DNA of 64,000 nt, taken from assembly GCA_964016885.1 (NCBI GenBank), contig OZ024747.1:41664001-41728000 (forward strand), written 5' to 3'. The notes beneath the pieces were generated by a model. The model was not told where the DNA came from. It ran no database searches and saw nothing but the letters and a program-made list of their open reading frames with translations. The translations under genes and the position numbers were made by a program. The stretch comes from Eledone cirrhosa. Lineage: Eukaryota. Positions 1-15,000 of this stretch are shown in pieces (the stretch's first letter is position 1; every line of letters starts with the position of its first letter).

Positions 1-3000
1 GTTGGTGCCACAATGAAAAACAGCCAGTCCACCCTGTAAGGTGGTAGTGTTGGTGCCACAATGAAAAACAGCCAGTCCACCCTGTAAGGTGGTAGTGTTG
101 GTGCCACAATTAAAAACAGCCAGTCAACCCTGTAAGGTGGTAGTGTTGGTGCCACAATGAAAAACAGCCAGTCCACCCTGTAAGGTGGTAGTGTTGGTAC
201 CACAATGAAAAACCCCCAGTCCACCCTGTAAGGTGGTAGTGTTGGTACCACAATGAAAAACCCCCAGTCCACCCTGTAAGGTGGTTGTGCTGGTACCACA
301 ATGAAAAACAGCCAGTCAACCCTGTAAGGTGGTAGTGTTGGTGCCACAATGAAAAACAGCCAGTCCACCCTGTAAGGTGGTAGTGTTGGTGCCACAATGA
401 AAAACAGCCAGTCCACCCTGTAAGGTGGTAGTGTTGGTGCCACAATGTAAAACACCCAGTCCACCCTGTAAGGTGGTAGTGTTGGTACCACAATGAAAAA
501 CAGCCAGTCAACCCTGTAAGGTGGTAGTGTTGGTGCCACAATGAAAAACAGCCAGCCCACCCTGTAAGGTGGTAGTGTTGGTACCACAATGAAAAACCCC
601 CAGTCCACCCTGTAAGGTGGTAGTGTTGGTGCCACAGCGAAAAACACCCAGTCAACTCTGTAGCTGGTAGTGTTGGTGCCACAATGTAAAACACCCAGTC
701 CACCCTGTAAGGTGGTAGTGTTGGTACCACAATGAAAAACAGCCAGTCAACCCTGTAAGGTGGTAGTGTTGGTGCCACAATGAAAAACAGCCAGTCCACC
801 CTGTAAGGTGGTAGTGTTGGTGCCACAACGAAAAACACCCAGTCAACTCTGTAGCTGGTAGTGTTGGTGCCACAATGAAAAACACCCAGTCCACCCTGTA
901 AGGTGGTAGTGTTGGTACCACAATGAAAAACAGCCAGTCCACCCTGTAAGGTGGTAGTATTGGTGCCACAATGAAAAACACCCAGTCAACCCTGTAAGGT
1001 GGTAGTGTTGGTGCCACAATGAAAAACAGCCAGTCCACCCTGTAAGGTGGTAGTGTTGGTGCCACAATGAAAAACAGCCAGTCCACCCTGTAAGGTGGTA
1101 GTGTTGGTACCACAATGAAAAACAGCCAGTCCACCCTGTAAGGTGGTAGTGTTGGTGCCACAATGAAAAACCCCCAGTCCACCCTGTAAGGTGGTAGTGT
1201 TGGTGCCACAATGAAAAACAGCCAGTCCACCCTGTAAGGTGGTAGTGTTGGTGCCACAATGTAAAACACCCAGTCCACCCTGTAAGGTGGTAGTGTTGGT
1301 GCCACAATGAAAAACCCCCAGTCCACCCTGTAAGGTGGTAGTGTTGGTACCACAATGAAAAACACTCAGTCCACCCTGTAAGGTGGTAGTGTTGGTACCA
1401 CAATGAAAAACACTCAGTCCACCCTGTAAAGTGGTAGTGTTGGTGCCACAATGAAAAACCCCCAGTCCACCCTGTAAGGTGGTAGTGTTGGTACCACAAT
1501 GAAAATCACTGTCCACCCTGTAAGGTGGTAGTGTTGGTGCCACAATGAAAAACACTCAGTCCACCCTGTAAGGTGGTAGTGTTGGTACCACAATGAAAAA
1601 CAGCCAGTCCACCCTGTAAGGTGGTAGTGTTGGTGCCACAATGAAAAACACTCAGTCCACCCTGTAAGGTGGTAGTGTTGGTGCCACAATGAAAAACCCC
1701 CAGCCCACCCTGTAAGGTGGTAGTGTTGGTGCCACAATGAAAAACAGCCAGTCCACCCTGTAAGGTGGTAGTGTTGGTGCCACAATGAAAAACCCCCAGT
1801 CCACCCTGTAAGGTGGTAGTGTTGGTGCCACAATGAAAAACACTCAGTCCACCCTGTAAGGTGGTAGTGTTGGTGCCACAATGAAAAACCCCCAGTCCAC
1901 CCTGTAAGGTGGTAGTGTTGGTGCCACAATGAAAAACACCCAGTCAACCCTGTAAGGTGGTAGTGTTGGTGCCACAATGAAAAACAGCCAGTCCACCCTG
2001 TAAGGTGGTAGTGTTGGTGCCACAATTAAAAACAGCCAGTCAACCCTGTAAGGTGGTAGTGTTGGTGCCACAATGAAAAACAGCCAGTCCACCCTGTAAG
2101 GTGGTAGTGTTGGTACCACAATGAAAAACCCCCAGTCCACCCTGTAAGGTGGTAGTGTTGGTACCACAATGAAAAACCCCCAGTCCACCCTGTAAGGTGG
2201 TTGTGCTGGTACCACAATGAAAAACAGCCAGTCAACCCTGTAAGGTGGTAGTGTTGGTGCCACAATGAAAAACAGCCAGTCCACCCTGTAAGGTGGTAGT
2301 GTTGGTGCCACAATGAAAAACAGCCAGTCCACCCTGTAAGGTGGTAGTGTTGGTGCCACAATGTAAAACACCCAGTCCACCCTGTAAGGTGGTAGTGTTG
2401 GTACCACAATGAAAAACAGCCAGTCAACCCTGTAAGGTGGTAGTGTTGGTGCCACAATGAAAAACAGCCAGCCCACCCTGTAAGGTGGTAGTGTTGGTAC
2501 CACAATGAAAAACCCCCAGTCCACCCTGTAAGGTGGTAGTGTTGGTGCCACAGCGAAAAACACCCAGTCAACTCTGTAGCTGGTAGTGTTGGTGCCACAA
2601 TGTAAAACACCCAGTCCACCCTGTAAGGTGGTAGTGTTGGTACCACAATGAAAAACAGCCAGTCAACCCTGTAAGGTGGTAGTGTTGGTGCCACAATGAA
2701 AAACAGCCAGTCCACCCTGTAAGGTGGTAGTGTTGGTGCCACAACGAAAAACACCCAGTCAACTCTGTAGCTGGTAGTGTTGGTGCCACAATGAAAAACA
2801 CCCAGTCCACCCTGTAAGGTGGTAGTGTTGGTACCACAATGAAAAACAGCCAGTCCACCCTGTAAGGTGGTAGTATTGGTGCCACAATGAAAAACACCCA
2901 GTCAACCCTGTAAGGTGGTAGTGTTGGTGCCACAATGAAAAACAGCCAGTCCACCCTGTAAGGTGGTAGTGTTGGTGCCACAATGAAAAACAGCCAGTCC

Positions 3001-6000
3001 ACCCTGTAAGGTGGTAGTGTTGGTACCACAATGAAAAACAGCCAGTCCACCCTGTAAGGTGGTAGTGTTGGTGCCACAATGAAAAACCCCCAGTCCACCC
3101 TGTAAGGTGGTAGTGTTGGTGCCACAATGAAAAACAGCCAGTCCACCCTGTAAGGTGGTAGTGTTGGTGCCACAATGAAAAACAGCCAGTCCACCCTGTA
3201 AGGTGGTAGTGTTGGTGCCACAATTAAAAACAGCCAGTCAACCCTGTAAGGTGGTAGTGTTGGTGCCACAATGAAAAACAGCCAGTCCACCCTGTAAGGT
3301 GGTAGTGTTGGTACCACAATGAAAAACCCCCAGTCCACCCTGTAAGGTGGTAGTGTTGGTACCACAATGAAAAACCCCCAGTCCACCCTGTAAGGTGGTT
3401 GTGCTGGTACCACAATGAAAAACAGCCAGTCAACCCTGTAAGGTGGTAGTGTTGGTGCCACAATGAAAAACAGCCAGTCCACCCTGTAAGGTGGTAGTGT
3501 TGGTGCCACAATGAAAAACAGCCAGTCCACCCTGTAAGGTGGTAGTGTTGGTGCCACAATGTAAAACACCCAGTCCACCCTGTAAGGTGGTAGTGTTGGT
3601 ACCACAATGAAAAACAGCCAGTCAACCCTGTAAGGTGGTAGTGTTGGTGCCACAATGAAAAACAGCCAGCCCACCCTGTAAGGTGGTAGTGTTGGTACCA
3701 CAATGAAAAACCCCCAGTCCACCCTGTAAGGTGGTAGTGTTGGTGCCACAGCGAAAAACACCCAGTCAACTCTGTAGCTGGTAGTGTTGGTGCCACAATG
3801 TAAAACACCCAGTCCACCCTGTAAGGTGGTAGTGTTGGTACCACAATGAAAAACAGCCAGTCAACCCTGTAAGGTGGTAGTGTTGGTGCCACAATGAAAA
3901 ACAGCCAGTCCACCCTGTAAGGTGGTAGTGTTGGTGCCACAACGAAAAACACCCAGTCAACTCTGTAGCTGGTAGTGTTGGTGCCACAATGAAAAACACC
4001 CAGTCCACCCTGTAAGGTGGTAGTGTTGGTACCACAATGAAAAACAGCCAGTCCACCCTGTAAGGTGGTAGTATTGGTGCCACAATGAAAAACACCCAGT
4101 CAACCCTGTAAGGTGGTAGTGTTGGTGCCACAATCAAAAACAGCCAGTCCACCCTGTAAGGTGGTAGTGTTGGTGCCACAATGAAAAACAGCCAGTCCAC
4201 CCTGTAAGGTGGTAGTGTTGGTACCACAATGAAAAACAGCCAGTCCACCCTGTAAGGTGGTAGTGTTGGTGCCACAATGAAAAACCCCCAGTCCACCCTG
4301 TAAGGTGGTAGTGTTGGTGCCACAATGAAAAACAGCCAGTCCACCCTGTAAGGTGGTAGTGTTGGTGCCACAATGAAAAACAGCCAGTCCACCCTGTAAG
4401 GTGGTAGTGTTGGTACCACAATGAAAAACCCCCAGTCCACCCTGTAAGGTGGTTGTGCTGGTACCACAATGAAAAACAGCCAGTCAACCCTGTAAGGTGG
4501 TAGTGTTGGTGCCACAATGAAAAACAGCCAGTCCACCCTGTAAGGTGGTAGTGTTGGTGCCACAATGAAAAACAGCCAGTCCACCCTGTAAGGTGGTAGT
4601 GTTGGTGCCACAATGTAAAACACCCAGTCCACCCTGTAAGGTGGTAGTGTTGGTACCACAATGAAAAACAGCCAGTCAACCCTGTAAGGTGGTAGTGTTG
4701 GTGCCACAATGAAAAACAGCCAGCCCACCCTGTAAGGTGGTAGTGTTGGTACCACAATGAAAAACCCCCAGTCCACCCTGTAAGGTGGTAGTGTTGGTGC
4801 CACAGCGAAAAACACCCAGTCAACTCTGTAGCTGGTAGTGTTGGTGCCACAATGAAAAACACCCAGTCCACCCTGTAAGGTGGTAGTGTTGGTACCACAA
4901 TGAAAAACAGCCAGTCCACCCTGTAAGGTGGTAGTATTGGTGCCACAATGAAAAACACCCAGTCAACCCTGTAAGGTGGTAGTGTTGGTGCCACAATGAA
5001 AAACAGCCAGTCCACCCTGTAAGGTGGTAGTGTTGGTGCCACAATGAAAAACAGCCAGTCCACCCTGTAAGGTGGTAGTGTTGGTACCACAATGAAAAAC
5101 AGCCAGTCCACCCTGTAAGGTGGTAGTGTTGGTGCCACAATGAAAAACCCCCAGTCCACCCTGTAAGGTGGTAGTGTTGGTGCCACAATGAAAAACAGCC
5201 AGTCCACCCTGTAAGGTGGTAGTGTTGGTGCCACAATGAAAAACAGCCAGTCCACCCTGTAAGGTGGTAGTGTTGGTGCCACAATTAAAAACAGCCAGTC
5301 AACCCTGTAAGGTGGTAGTGTTGGTGCCACAATGAAAAACAGCCAGTCCACCCTGTAAGGTGGTAGTGTTGGTACCACAATGAAAAACCCCCAGTCCACC
5401 CTGTAAGGTGGTAGTGTTGGTACCACAATGAAAAACCCCCAGTCCACCCTGTAAGGTGGTTGTGCTGGTACCACAATGAAAAACAGCCAGTCAACCCTGT
5501 AAGGTGGTAGTGTTGGTGCCACAATGAAAAACAGCCAGTTCACCCTGTAAGGTGGTAGTGTTGGTGCCACAATGAAAAACAGCCAGTCCACCCTGTAAGG
5601 TGGTAGTGTTGGTGCCACAATGTAAAACACCCAGTCCACCCTGTAAGGTGGTAGTGTTGGTACCACAATGAAAAACAGCCAGTCAACCCTGTAAGGTGGT
5701 AGTGTTGGTGCCACAATGAAAAACAGCCAGCCCACCCTGTAAGGTGGTAGTGTTGGTACCACAATGAAAAACCCCCAGTCCACCCTGTAAGGTGGTAGTG
5801 TTGGTGCCACAGCGAAAAACACCCAGTCAACTCTGTAGCTGGTAGTGTTGGTGCCACAATGTAAAACACCCAGTCCACCCTGTAAGGTGGTAGTGTTGGT
5901 ACCACAATGAAAAACAGCCAGTCAACCCTGTAAGGTGGTAGTGTTGGTGCCACAATGAAAAACAGCCAGTCCACCCTGTAAGGTGGTAGTGTTGGTGCCA

Positions 6001-9000
6001 CAACGAAAAACACCCAGTCAACTCTGTAGCTGGTAGTGTTGGTGCCACAATGAAAAACACCCAGTCCACCCTGTAAGGTGGTAGTGTTGGTACCACAATG
6101 AAAAACAGCCAGTCCACCCTGTAAGGTGGTAGTATTGGTGCCACAATGAAAAACACCCAGTCAACCCTGTAAGGTGGTAGTGTTGGTGCCACAATGAAAA
6201 ACAGCCAGTCCACCCTGTAAGGTGGTAGTGTTGGTGCCACAATGAAAAACAGCCAGTCCACCCTGTAAGGTGGTAGTGTTGGTACCACAATGAAAAACAG
6301 CCAGTCCACCCTGTAAGGTGGTAGTGTTGGTGCCACAATGAAAAACCCCCAGTCCACCCTGTAAGGTGGTAGTGTTGGTGCCACAATGAAAAACAGCCAG
6401 TCCACCCTGTAAGGTGGTAGTGTTGGTGCCACAATGAAAAACAGCCAGTCCACCCTGTAAGGTGGTAGTGTTGGTACCACAATGAAAAACAGCCAGTCCA
6501 CCCTGTAAGGTGGTAGTGTTGGTGCCACAATGTAAAACACCCAGTCCACCCTGTAAGGTGGTAGTGTTGGTGCCACAATGAAAAACCCCCAGTCCACCCT
6601 GTAAGGTGGTAGTGTTGGTGCCACAATGAAAAACCCCCAGTCCACCCTGTAAGGTGGTAGTGTTGGTGCCACAACGAAAAAACCCCAGTCAACTCTGTAG
6701 CTGGTAGTGTTAGTGCCACGATGTAAAACACCCAGTCCACCCTGTAAGGTGGTAGTGTTGGTGCCACAATGAAAAACCCCCAGTCCAACCTGTAAGGTGG
6801 TAGTGTTGGTGCCACAATGAAAAACAGCCAGTCAACCCTGTAAGGTGGTAGTGTTGGTGCCACAATTAAAAACAGCCAGTCCACCCTGTAAGGTGGTAGT
6901 GTTGGTACCACAATGAAAAACAGCCAGTCCACCCTGTAAGGTGGTAGTGTTGGTGCCACAATGTAAAACACCCAGTCCACCCTGTAAGGTGGTAGTGTTG
7001 GTGCCACAATGAAAAACCCCCAGTCCACCCTGTAAGGTGGTAGTGTTGGTGCCACAACAAAAAAACCCCAGTCAACTCTGTAGCTGGTAGTGTTAGTGCC
7101 ACAATGTAAAACACCCAGTCCACCCTGTAAGGTGGTAGTGTTGGTGCCACAATGAAAAACCCCCATTCCACCCTGTAAGGTGGTAGTGTTGGTGCCACAA
7201 TGAAAAACCCCCAGTCCACCCTGTAAGGTGGTAGTGTTGGTACCACAATGAAAAACACTCAGTCCACCCTGTAAGGTGGTAGTGTTGGTGCCACAATGAA
7301 AACCCCCCAGTCCACCCTGTAAGGTGGTAGTGTTGGTGCCACAATGAAAAACCCCCAGTCCACCCTGTAAGGTGGTAGTGTTGGTACCACAATGAAAAAC
7401 ACTCAGTCCACCCTGTAAGGTGGTAGTGTTGGTACCACAATGAAAAACACTCAGTCCACCCTGTAAGGTGGTAGTGTTGGTGCCACAATGAAAAACCCCC
7501 AGTCCACCCTGTAAGGTGGTAGTGTTGGTACCACAATGAAAATCACTGTCCACCCTGTAAGGTGGTAGTGTTGGTGCCACAATGAAAAACACTCAGTCCA
7601 CCCTGTAAGGTGGTAGTGTTGGTACCACAATGAAAAACAGCCAGTCCACCCTGTAAGGTGGTAGTGTTGGTGCCACAATGAAAAACACTCAGTCCACCCT
7701 GTAAGGTGGTAGTGTTGGTGCCACAATGAAAAACCCCCAGTCCACCCTGTAAGGTGGTAGTGTTGGTGCCACAATGAAAAACAGCCAGTCCACCCTGTAA
7801 GGTGGTAGTGTTGGTGCCACAATGAAAAACCCCCAGTCCACCCTGTAAGGTGGTAGTGTTGGTGCCACAATGAAAAACACTCAGTCCACCCTGTAAGGTG
7901 GTAGTGTTGGTGCCACAATGAAAAACCCCCAGTCCACCCTGTAAGGTGGTAGTGTTGGTGCCACAATGAAAAACACCCAGTCAACCCTGTAAGGTGGTAG
8001 TGTTGGTGCCACAATGAAAAACAGCCAGTCCACCCTGTAAGGTGGTAGTGTTGGTGACACAATTAAAAACAGCCAGTCAACCCTGTAAGGTGGTAGTGTT
8101 GGTGCCACAATGAAAAACAGCCAGTCCACCCTGTAAGGTGGTAGTGTTGGTACCACAATGAAAAACCCCCAGTCCACCCTGTAAGGTGGTAGTGTTGGTA
8201 CCACAATGAAAAACCCCCAGTCCACCCTGTAAGGTGGTTGTGCTGGTACCACAATGAAAAACAGCCAGTCAACCCTGTAAGGTGGTAGTGTTGGTGCCAC
8301 AATGAAAAACAGCCAGTCCACCCTGTAAGGTGGTAGTGTTGGTGCCACAATGAAAAACAGCCAGTCCACCCTGTAAGGTTGTAGTGTTGGTGCCACAATG
8401 TAAAACACCCAGTCCACCCTGTAAGGTGGTAGTGTTGGTACCACAATGAAAAACAGCCAGCCCACCCTGTAAGGTGGTAGTGTTGGTACCACAATGAAAA
8501 ACCCCCAGTCCACCCTGTAAGGTGGTAGTGTTGGTGCCACAGCGAAAAACACCCAGTCAACTCTGTAGCTGGTAGTGTTGGTGCCACAATGTAAAACACC
8601 CAGTCCACCCTGTAAGGTGGTAGTGTTGGTACCACAATGAAAAACAGCCAGTCAACCCTGTAAGGTGGTAGTGTTGGTGCCACAATGAAAAACAGCCAGT
8701 CCACCCTGTAAGGTGGTAGTGTTGGTGCCACAACGAAAAACACCCAGTCAACTCTGTAGCTGGTAGTGTTGGTGCCACAATGAAAAACACCCAGTCCACC
8801 CTGTAAGGTGGTAGTGTTGGTACCACAATGAAAAACAGCCAGTCCACCCTGTAAGGTGGTAGTATTGGTGCCACAATGAAAAACACCCAGTCAACCCTGT
8901 AAGGTGGTAGTGTTGGTGCCACAATGAAAAACAGCCAGTCCACCCTGTAAGGTGGTAGTGTTGGTGCCACAATGAAAAACAGCCAGTCCACCCTGTAAGG

Positions 9001-12000
9001 TGGTAGTGTTGGTACCACAATGAAAAACAGCCAGTCCACCCTGTAAGGTGGTAGTGTTGGTGCCACAATGAAAAACCCCCAGTCCACCCTGTAAGGTGGT
9101 AGTGTTGGTGCCACAATGAAAAACAGCCAGTCCACCCTGTAAGGTGGTAGTGTTGGTGCCACAATGAAAAACAGCCAGTCCACCCTGTAAGGTGGTAGTG
9201 TTGGTGCCACAATTAAAAACAGCCAGTCAACCCTGTAAGGTGGTAGTGTTGGTGCCACAATGAAAAACAGCCAGTCCACCCTGTAAGGTGGTAGTGTTGG
9301 TACCACAATGAAAAACCCCCAGTCCACCCTGTAAGGTGGTAGTGTTGGTACCACAATGAAAAACCCCCAGTCCACCCTGTAAGGTGGTTGTGCTGGTACC
9401 ACAATGAAAAACAGCCAGTCAACCCTGTAAGGTGGTAGTGTTGGTGCCACAATGAAAAACAGCCAGTCCACCCTGTAAGGTGGTAGTGTTGGTGCCACAA
9501 TGAAAAACAGCCAGTCCACCCTGTAAGGTGGTAGTGTTGGTGCCACAATGTAAAACACCCAGTCCACCCTGTAAGGTGGTAGTGTTGGTACCACAATGAA
9601 AAACAGCCAGTCAACCCTGTAAGGTGGTAGTGTTGGTGCCACAATGAAAAACAGCCAGCCCACCCTGTAAGGTGGTAGTGTTGGTACCACAATGAAAAAC
9701 CCCCAGTCCACCCTGTAAGGTGGTAGTGTTGGTGCCACAGCGAAAAACACCCAGTCAACTCTGTAGCTGGTAGTGTTGGTGCCACAATGTAAAACACCCA
9801 GTCCACCCTGTAAGGTGGTAGTGTTGGTACCACAATGAAAAACAGCCAGTCAACCCTGTAAGGTGGTAGTGTTGGTGCCACAATGAAAAACAGCCAGTCC
9901 ACCCTGTAAGGTGGTAGTGTTGGTGCCACAACGAAAAACACCCAGTCAACTCTGTAGCTGGTAGTGTTGGTGCCACAATGAAAAACACCCAGTCCACCCT
10001 GTAAGGTGGTAGTGTTGGTACCACAATGAAAAACAGCCAGTCCACCCTGTAAGGTGGTAGTATTGGTGCCACAATGAAAAACACCCAGTCAACCCTGTAA
10101 GGTGGTAGTGTTGGTGCCACAATGAAAAACAGCCAGTCCACCCTGTAAGGTGGTAGTGTTGGTACCACAATGAAAAACAGCCAGTCCACCCTGTAAGGTG
10201 GTAGTGTTGGTGCCACAATGAAAAACCCCCAGTCCACCCTGTAAGGTGGTAGTGTTGGTGCCACAATGAAAAACAGCCAGTCCACCCTGTAAGGTGGTAG
10301 TGTTGGTGCCACAATGAAAAACAGCCAGTCCACCCTGTAAGGTGGTAGTGTTGGTGCCACAATTAAAAACAGCCAGTCAACCCTGTAAGGTGGTAGTGTT
10401 GGTGCCACAATGAAAAACAGCCAGTCCACCCTGTAAGGTGGTAGTGTTGGTACCACAATGAAAAACCCCCAGTCCACCCTGTAAGGTGGTTGTGCTGGTA
10501 CCACAATGAAAAACAGCCAGTCAACCCTGTAAGGTGGTAGTGTTGGTGCCACAATGAAAAACAGCCAGTCCACCCTGTAAGGTGGTAGTGTTGGTGCCAC
10601 AATGAAAAACAGCCAGTCCACCCTGTAAGGTGGTAGTGTTGGTGCCACAATGTAAAACACCCAGTCCACCCTGTAAGGTGGTAGTGTTGGTACCACAATG
10701 AAAAACAGCCAGTCAACCCTGTAAGGTGGTAGTGTTGGTGCCACAATGAAAAACAGCCAGCCCACCCTGTAAGGTGGTAGTGTTGGTACCACAATGAAAA
10801 ACCCCCAGTCCACCCTGTAAGGTGGTAGTGTTGGTGCCACAGCGAAAAACACCCAGTCAACTCTGTAGCTGGTAGTGTTGGTGCCACAATGTAAAACACC
10901 CAGTCCACCCTGTAAGGTGGTAGTGTTGGTACCACAATGAAAAACAGCCAGTCAACCCTGTAAGGTGGTAGTGTTGGTGCCACAATGAAAAACAGCCAGT
11001 CCACCCTGTAAGGTGGTAGTGTTGGTGCCACAACGAAAAACACCCAGTCAACTCTGTAGCTGGTAGTGTTGGTGCCACAATGAAAAACACCCAGTCCACC
11101 CTGTAAGGTGGTAGTGTTGGTACCACAATGAAAAACAGCCAGTCCACCCTGTAAGGTGGTAGTGTTGGTGCCACAATGTAAAACACCCAGTCCACCCTGT
11201 AAGGTGGTAGTGTTGGTACCACAATGAAAAACAGCCAGTCAACCCTGTAAGGTGGTAGTGTTGGTGCCACAATGAAAAACAGCCAGTCCACCCTGTAAGG
11301 TGGTAGTGTTGGTGCCACAATGTAAAACACCCAGTCCACCCTGTAAGGTGGTAGTGTTGGTACCACAATGAAAAACAGCCAGTCAACCCTGTAAGGTGGT
11401 AGTGTTGGTGCCACAATGAAAAACAGCCAGTCCACCCTGTAAGGTGGTAGTGTTGGTGCCACAATGAAAAACAGCCAGTCCACCCTGTAAGGTGGTAGTG
11501 TTGGTACCACAATGAAAAACAGCCAGTCCACCCTGTAAGGTGGTAGTGTTGGTGCCACAATGTAAAACCCCCAGTCCACCCTGTAAGGTGGTAGTGTTGG
11601 TGCCACAATGAAAAACCCCCAGTCCACCCTGTAAGGTGGTAGTGTTGGTGCCACAATGAAAAACCCCCAGTCCACCCTGTAAGGTGGTAGTGTTGGTGCC
11701 ACAACGAAAAAACCCCAGTCAACTCTGTAGCTGGTAGTGTTAGTGCCACAATGTAAAACACCCAGTCCACCCTGTAAGGTGGTAGTGTTGGTGCCACAAT
11801 GAAAAACCCCCAGTCCACCCTGTAAGGTGGTAGTGTTGGTGCCACAATGAAAAACCCCCAGTCCACCCTGTAAGGTGGTAGTGTTGGTACCACAATGAAA
11901 AACACTCAGTCCACCCTGTAAGGTGGTAGTGTTGGTTCCACAATGAAAAACCCCCAGTCCACCCTGTAAGGTGGTAGTGTTGGTACCACAATGAAAAACC

Positions 12001-15000
12001 CCCAGTCCACCCTGTAAGGTGGTAGTGTTGGTACCACAATGAAAAACAGCCAGTCCACCCTGTAAGGTGGTAGTGTTGGTGCCACAACGAAAAACACCCA
12101 GTCAACTCTGTAGCTGGTAGTGTTGGTGCCACAATGTAAAACACCCAGTCCACCCTGTAAGGTGGTAGTGTTGGTACCACAATGAAAAACAGCCAGTCAA
12201 CCCTGTAAGGTGGTAGTGTTGGTGCCACAATGAAAAACAGCCAGTCCCCCTTGTAAGGTGGTAGTGTTGGTGCCACAATGAAAAACAGCCAGTCCACCCT
12301 GTAAGGTGGTAGTGTTGGTACCACAATGAAAAACAGCCAGTTCACCCTGTAAGGTGGTAGTGTTGGTGCCACAATGTAAAACACACAGTCCACCCTGTAA
12401 GGTGGTAGTGTTGGTACCACAATGAAAAACAGCCAGTCAACCCTGTAAGGTGGTAGTGTTGGTTCCACAATGAAAAACAGCCAGTCCACCCTGTAAGGTG
12501 GTAGTGTTGGTGCCACAATGAAAAACACCCAGTCAGGTGGTAGTGTTGGTACCACAATGAAAAACAGCCAGTCCACCCTGTAAGGTGGTAGTGTTGGTGC
12601 CACAATGTAAAACACCCAGTCCACCCTGTAAGGTGGTAGTGTTGGTACCACAATGAAAAACAGCCAGTCCACCCTGTAAGGTGGTAGTGTTGGTGCCACA
12701 ATGTAAAACACACAGTCCACCCTGTAAGGTGGTAGTGTTGGTACCACAATGAAAAACAGCCAGTCAACCCTGTAAGGTGGTAGTGTTGGTGCCACAATGA
12801 AAAACAGCCAGTCCACCCTGTAAGGTGGTAGTGTTGGTGCCACAATGAAAAACAGCCAGTCCACCCTGTAAGGTGGTAGTGTTGGTACCACAATGTAAAA
12901 CACCCAGTCCACCCTGTAAGGTGGTAGTGTTGGTACCACAATGAAAAACCCCCAGTCCACCCTGTAAGGTGGTAGTGTTGGTTCCACAACGAAAAACACC
13001 CAGTCAACTCTGTAGCTGGTAGTGTTGGTGCCACAATGTAAAACACCCAGTCCACCCTGTAAGGTGGTAGTGTTGGTACCACAATGAAAAACAGCCAGTC
13101 AACCCTGTAAGGTGGTAGTGTTGGTGCCACAATGAAAAACAGCCAGTCCACCCTGTAAGGTGGTAGTGTTGGTACCACAATGAAAAACACTCAGTCCAGC
13201 CTGTAAGGTGGTAGTGTTGGTGCCACAATGAAAAACCCCCAGTCCACCCTGTAAGGTGGTAGTGTTGGTACCACAATGAAAAACACTGTCCACCCTGTAA
13301 GGTGGTAGTGTTGGTGCCACAATGAAAAACACTCAGTCCACCCTGTAAGGTGGTAGTGTTGGTACCACAATGAAAAACAGCCAGTCCACCCTGTAAGGTG
13401 GTAGTGTTGGTGCCACAATGAAAAACAGTCAGTCCACCCTGTAAGGTGGTAGTGTTGGTGCCACAATGAAAAACCCCCAGTCCACCCTGTAAGGTGGTAG
13501 TGTTGGTGCCACAATGAAAAACAGCCAGTCCACCCTGTAAGGTGGTAGTGTTGGTGCCACAATGAAAAACAGCCAGTCCACCCTGTAAGGTGGTAGTGTT
13601 GGTGCCACAATGAAAAACAGCCAGTCCACCCTGTAAGGTGGTAGTGTTGGTACCACAATGAAAAACCCCCAGTCCACCCTGTAAGGTGGTAGTGTTGGTA
13701 CCACAATGAAAAACCCCCAGTCCACCCTGTAAGGTGGTAGTGCTGGTACCACAATGAAAAACAGCCAGTCAACCCTGTAAGGTGGTAGTGTTGGTGCCAC
13801 AATGAAAAACAGCCAGTCCACCCTGTAAGGTGGTAGTGTTGGTGCCACAATGAAAAACACCCAGTCAACCCTGTAAGGTGGTAGTGTTGGTACCACAATG
13901 AAAAACAGCCAGTCCACCCTGTAAGGTGGTAGTGTTGGTGCCACAATGTAAAACACCCAGTCCACCCTGTAAGGTGGTAGTGTTGGTACCACAATGAAAA
14001 ACAGCCAGTCAACCCTGTAAGGTGGTAGTGTTGGTGCCACAATGAAAAACAGCCAGTCAACCCTGTAAGGTGGTAGTGTTGGTGCCACAATGAAAAACAG
14101 CCAGTCCACCCTGTAAGGTGGTAGTGTTGGTACCACAATGAAAAACCCCCAGTCCACCCTGTAAGGTGGTAGTGTTGGTACCACAATGAAAAACCCCCAG
14201 TCCACCCTGTAAGGTGGTTGTGCTGGTACCACAATGAAAAACAGCCAGTCAACCCTGTAAGGTGGTAGTGTTGGTGCCACAATGAAAAACAGCCAGTCCA
14301 CCCTGTAAGGTGGTAGTGTTGGTGCCACAATGAAAAACAGCCAGTCCACCCTGTAAGGTGGTAGTGTTGGTGCCACAATGTAAAACACCCAGTCCACCCT
14401 GTAAGGTGGTAGTGTTGGTACCACAATGAAAAACAGCCAGTCAACCCTGTAAGGTGGTAGTGTTGGTGCCACAATGAAAAACAGCCAGCCCACCCTGTAA
14501 GGTGGTAGTGTTGGTACCACAATGAAAAACCCCCAGTCCACCCTGTAAGGTGGTAGTGTTGGTGCCACAGCGAAAAACACCCAGTCAACTCTGTAGCTGG
14601 TAGTGTTGGTGCCACAATGTAAAACACCCAGTCCACCCTGTAAGGTGGTAGTGTTGGTACCACAATGAAAAACAGCCAGTCAACCCTGTAAGGTGGTAGT
14701 GTTGGTGCCACAATGAAAAACAGCCAGTCCACCCTGTAAGGTGGTAGTGTTGGTGCCACAACGAAAAACACCCAGTCAACTCTGTAGCTGGTAGTGTTGG
14801 TGCCACAATGAAAAACACCCAGTCCACCCTGTAAGGTGGTAGTGTTGGTACCACAATGAAAAACAGCCAGTCCACCCTGTAAGGTGGTAGTATTGGTGCC
14901 ACAATGAAAAACACCCAGTCAACCCTGTAAGGTGGTAGTGTTGGTGCCGCAATGAAAAACAGCCAGTTCACCCTGTAAGGTGGTAGTGTTGGTGCCACAA

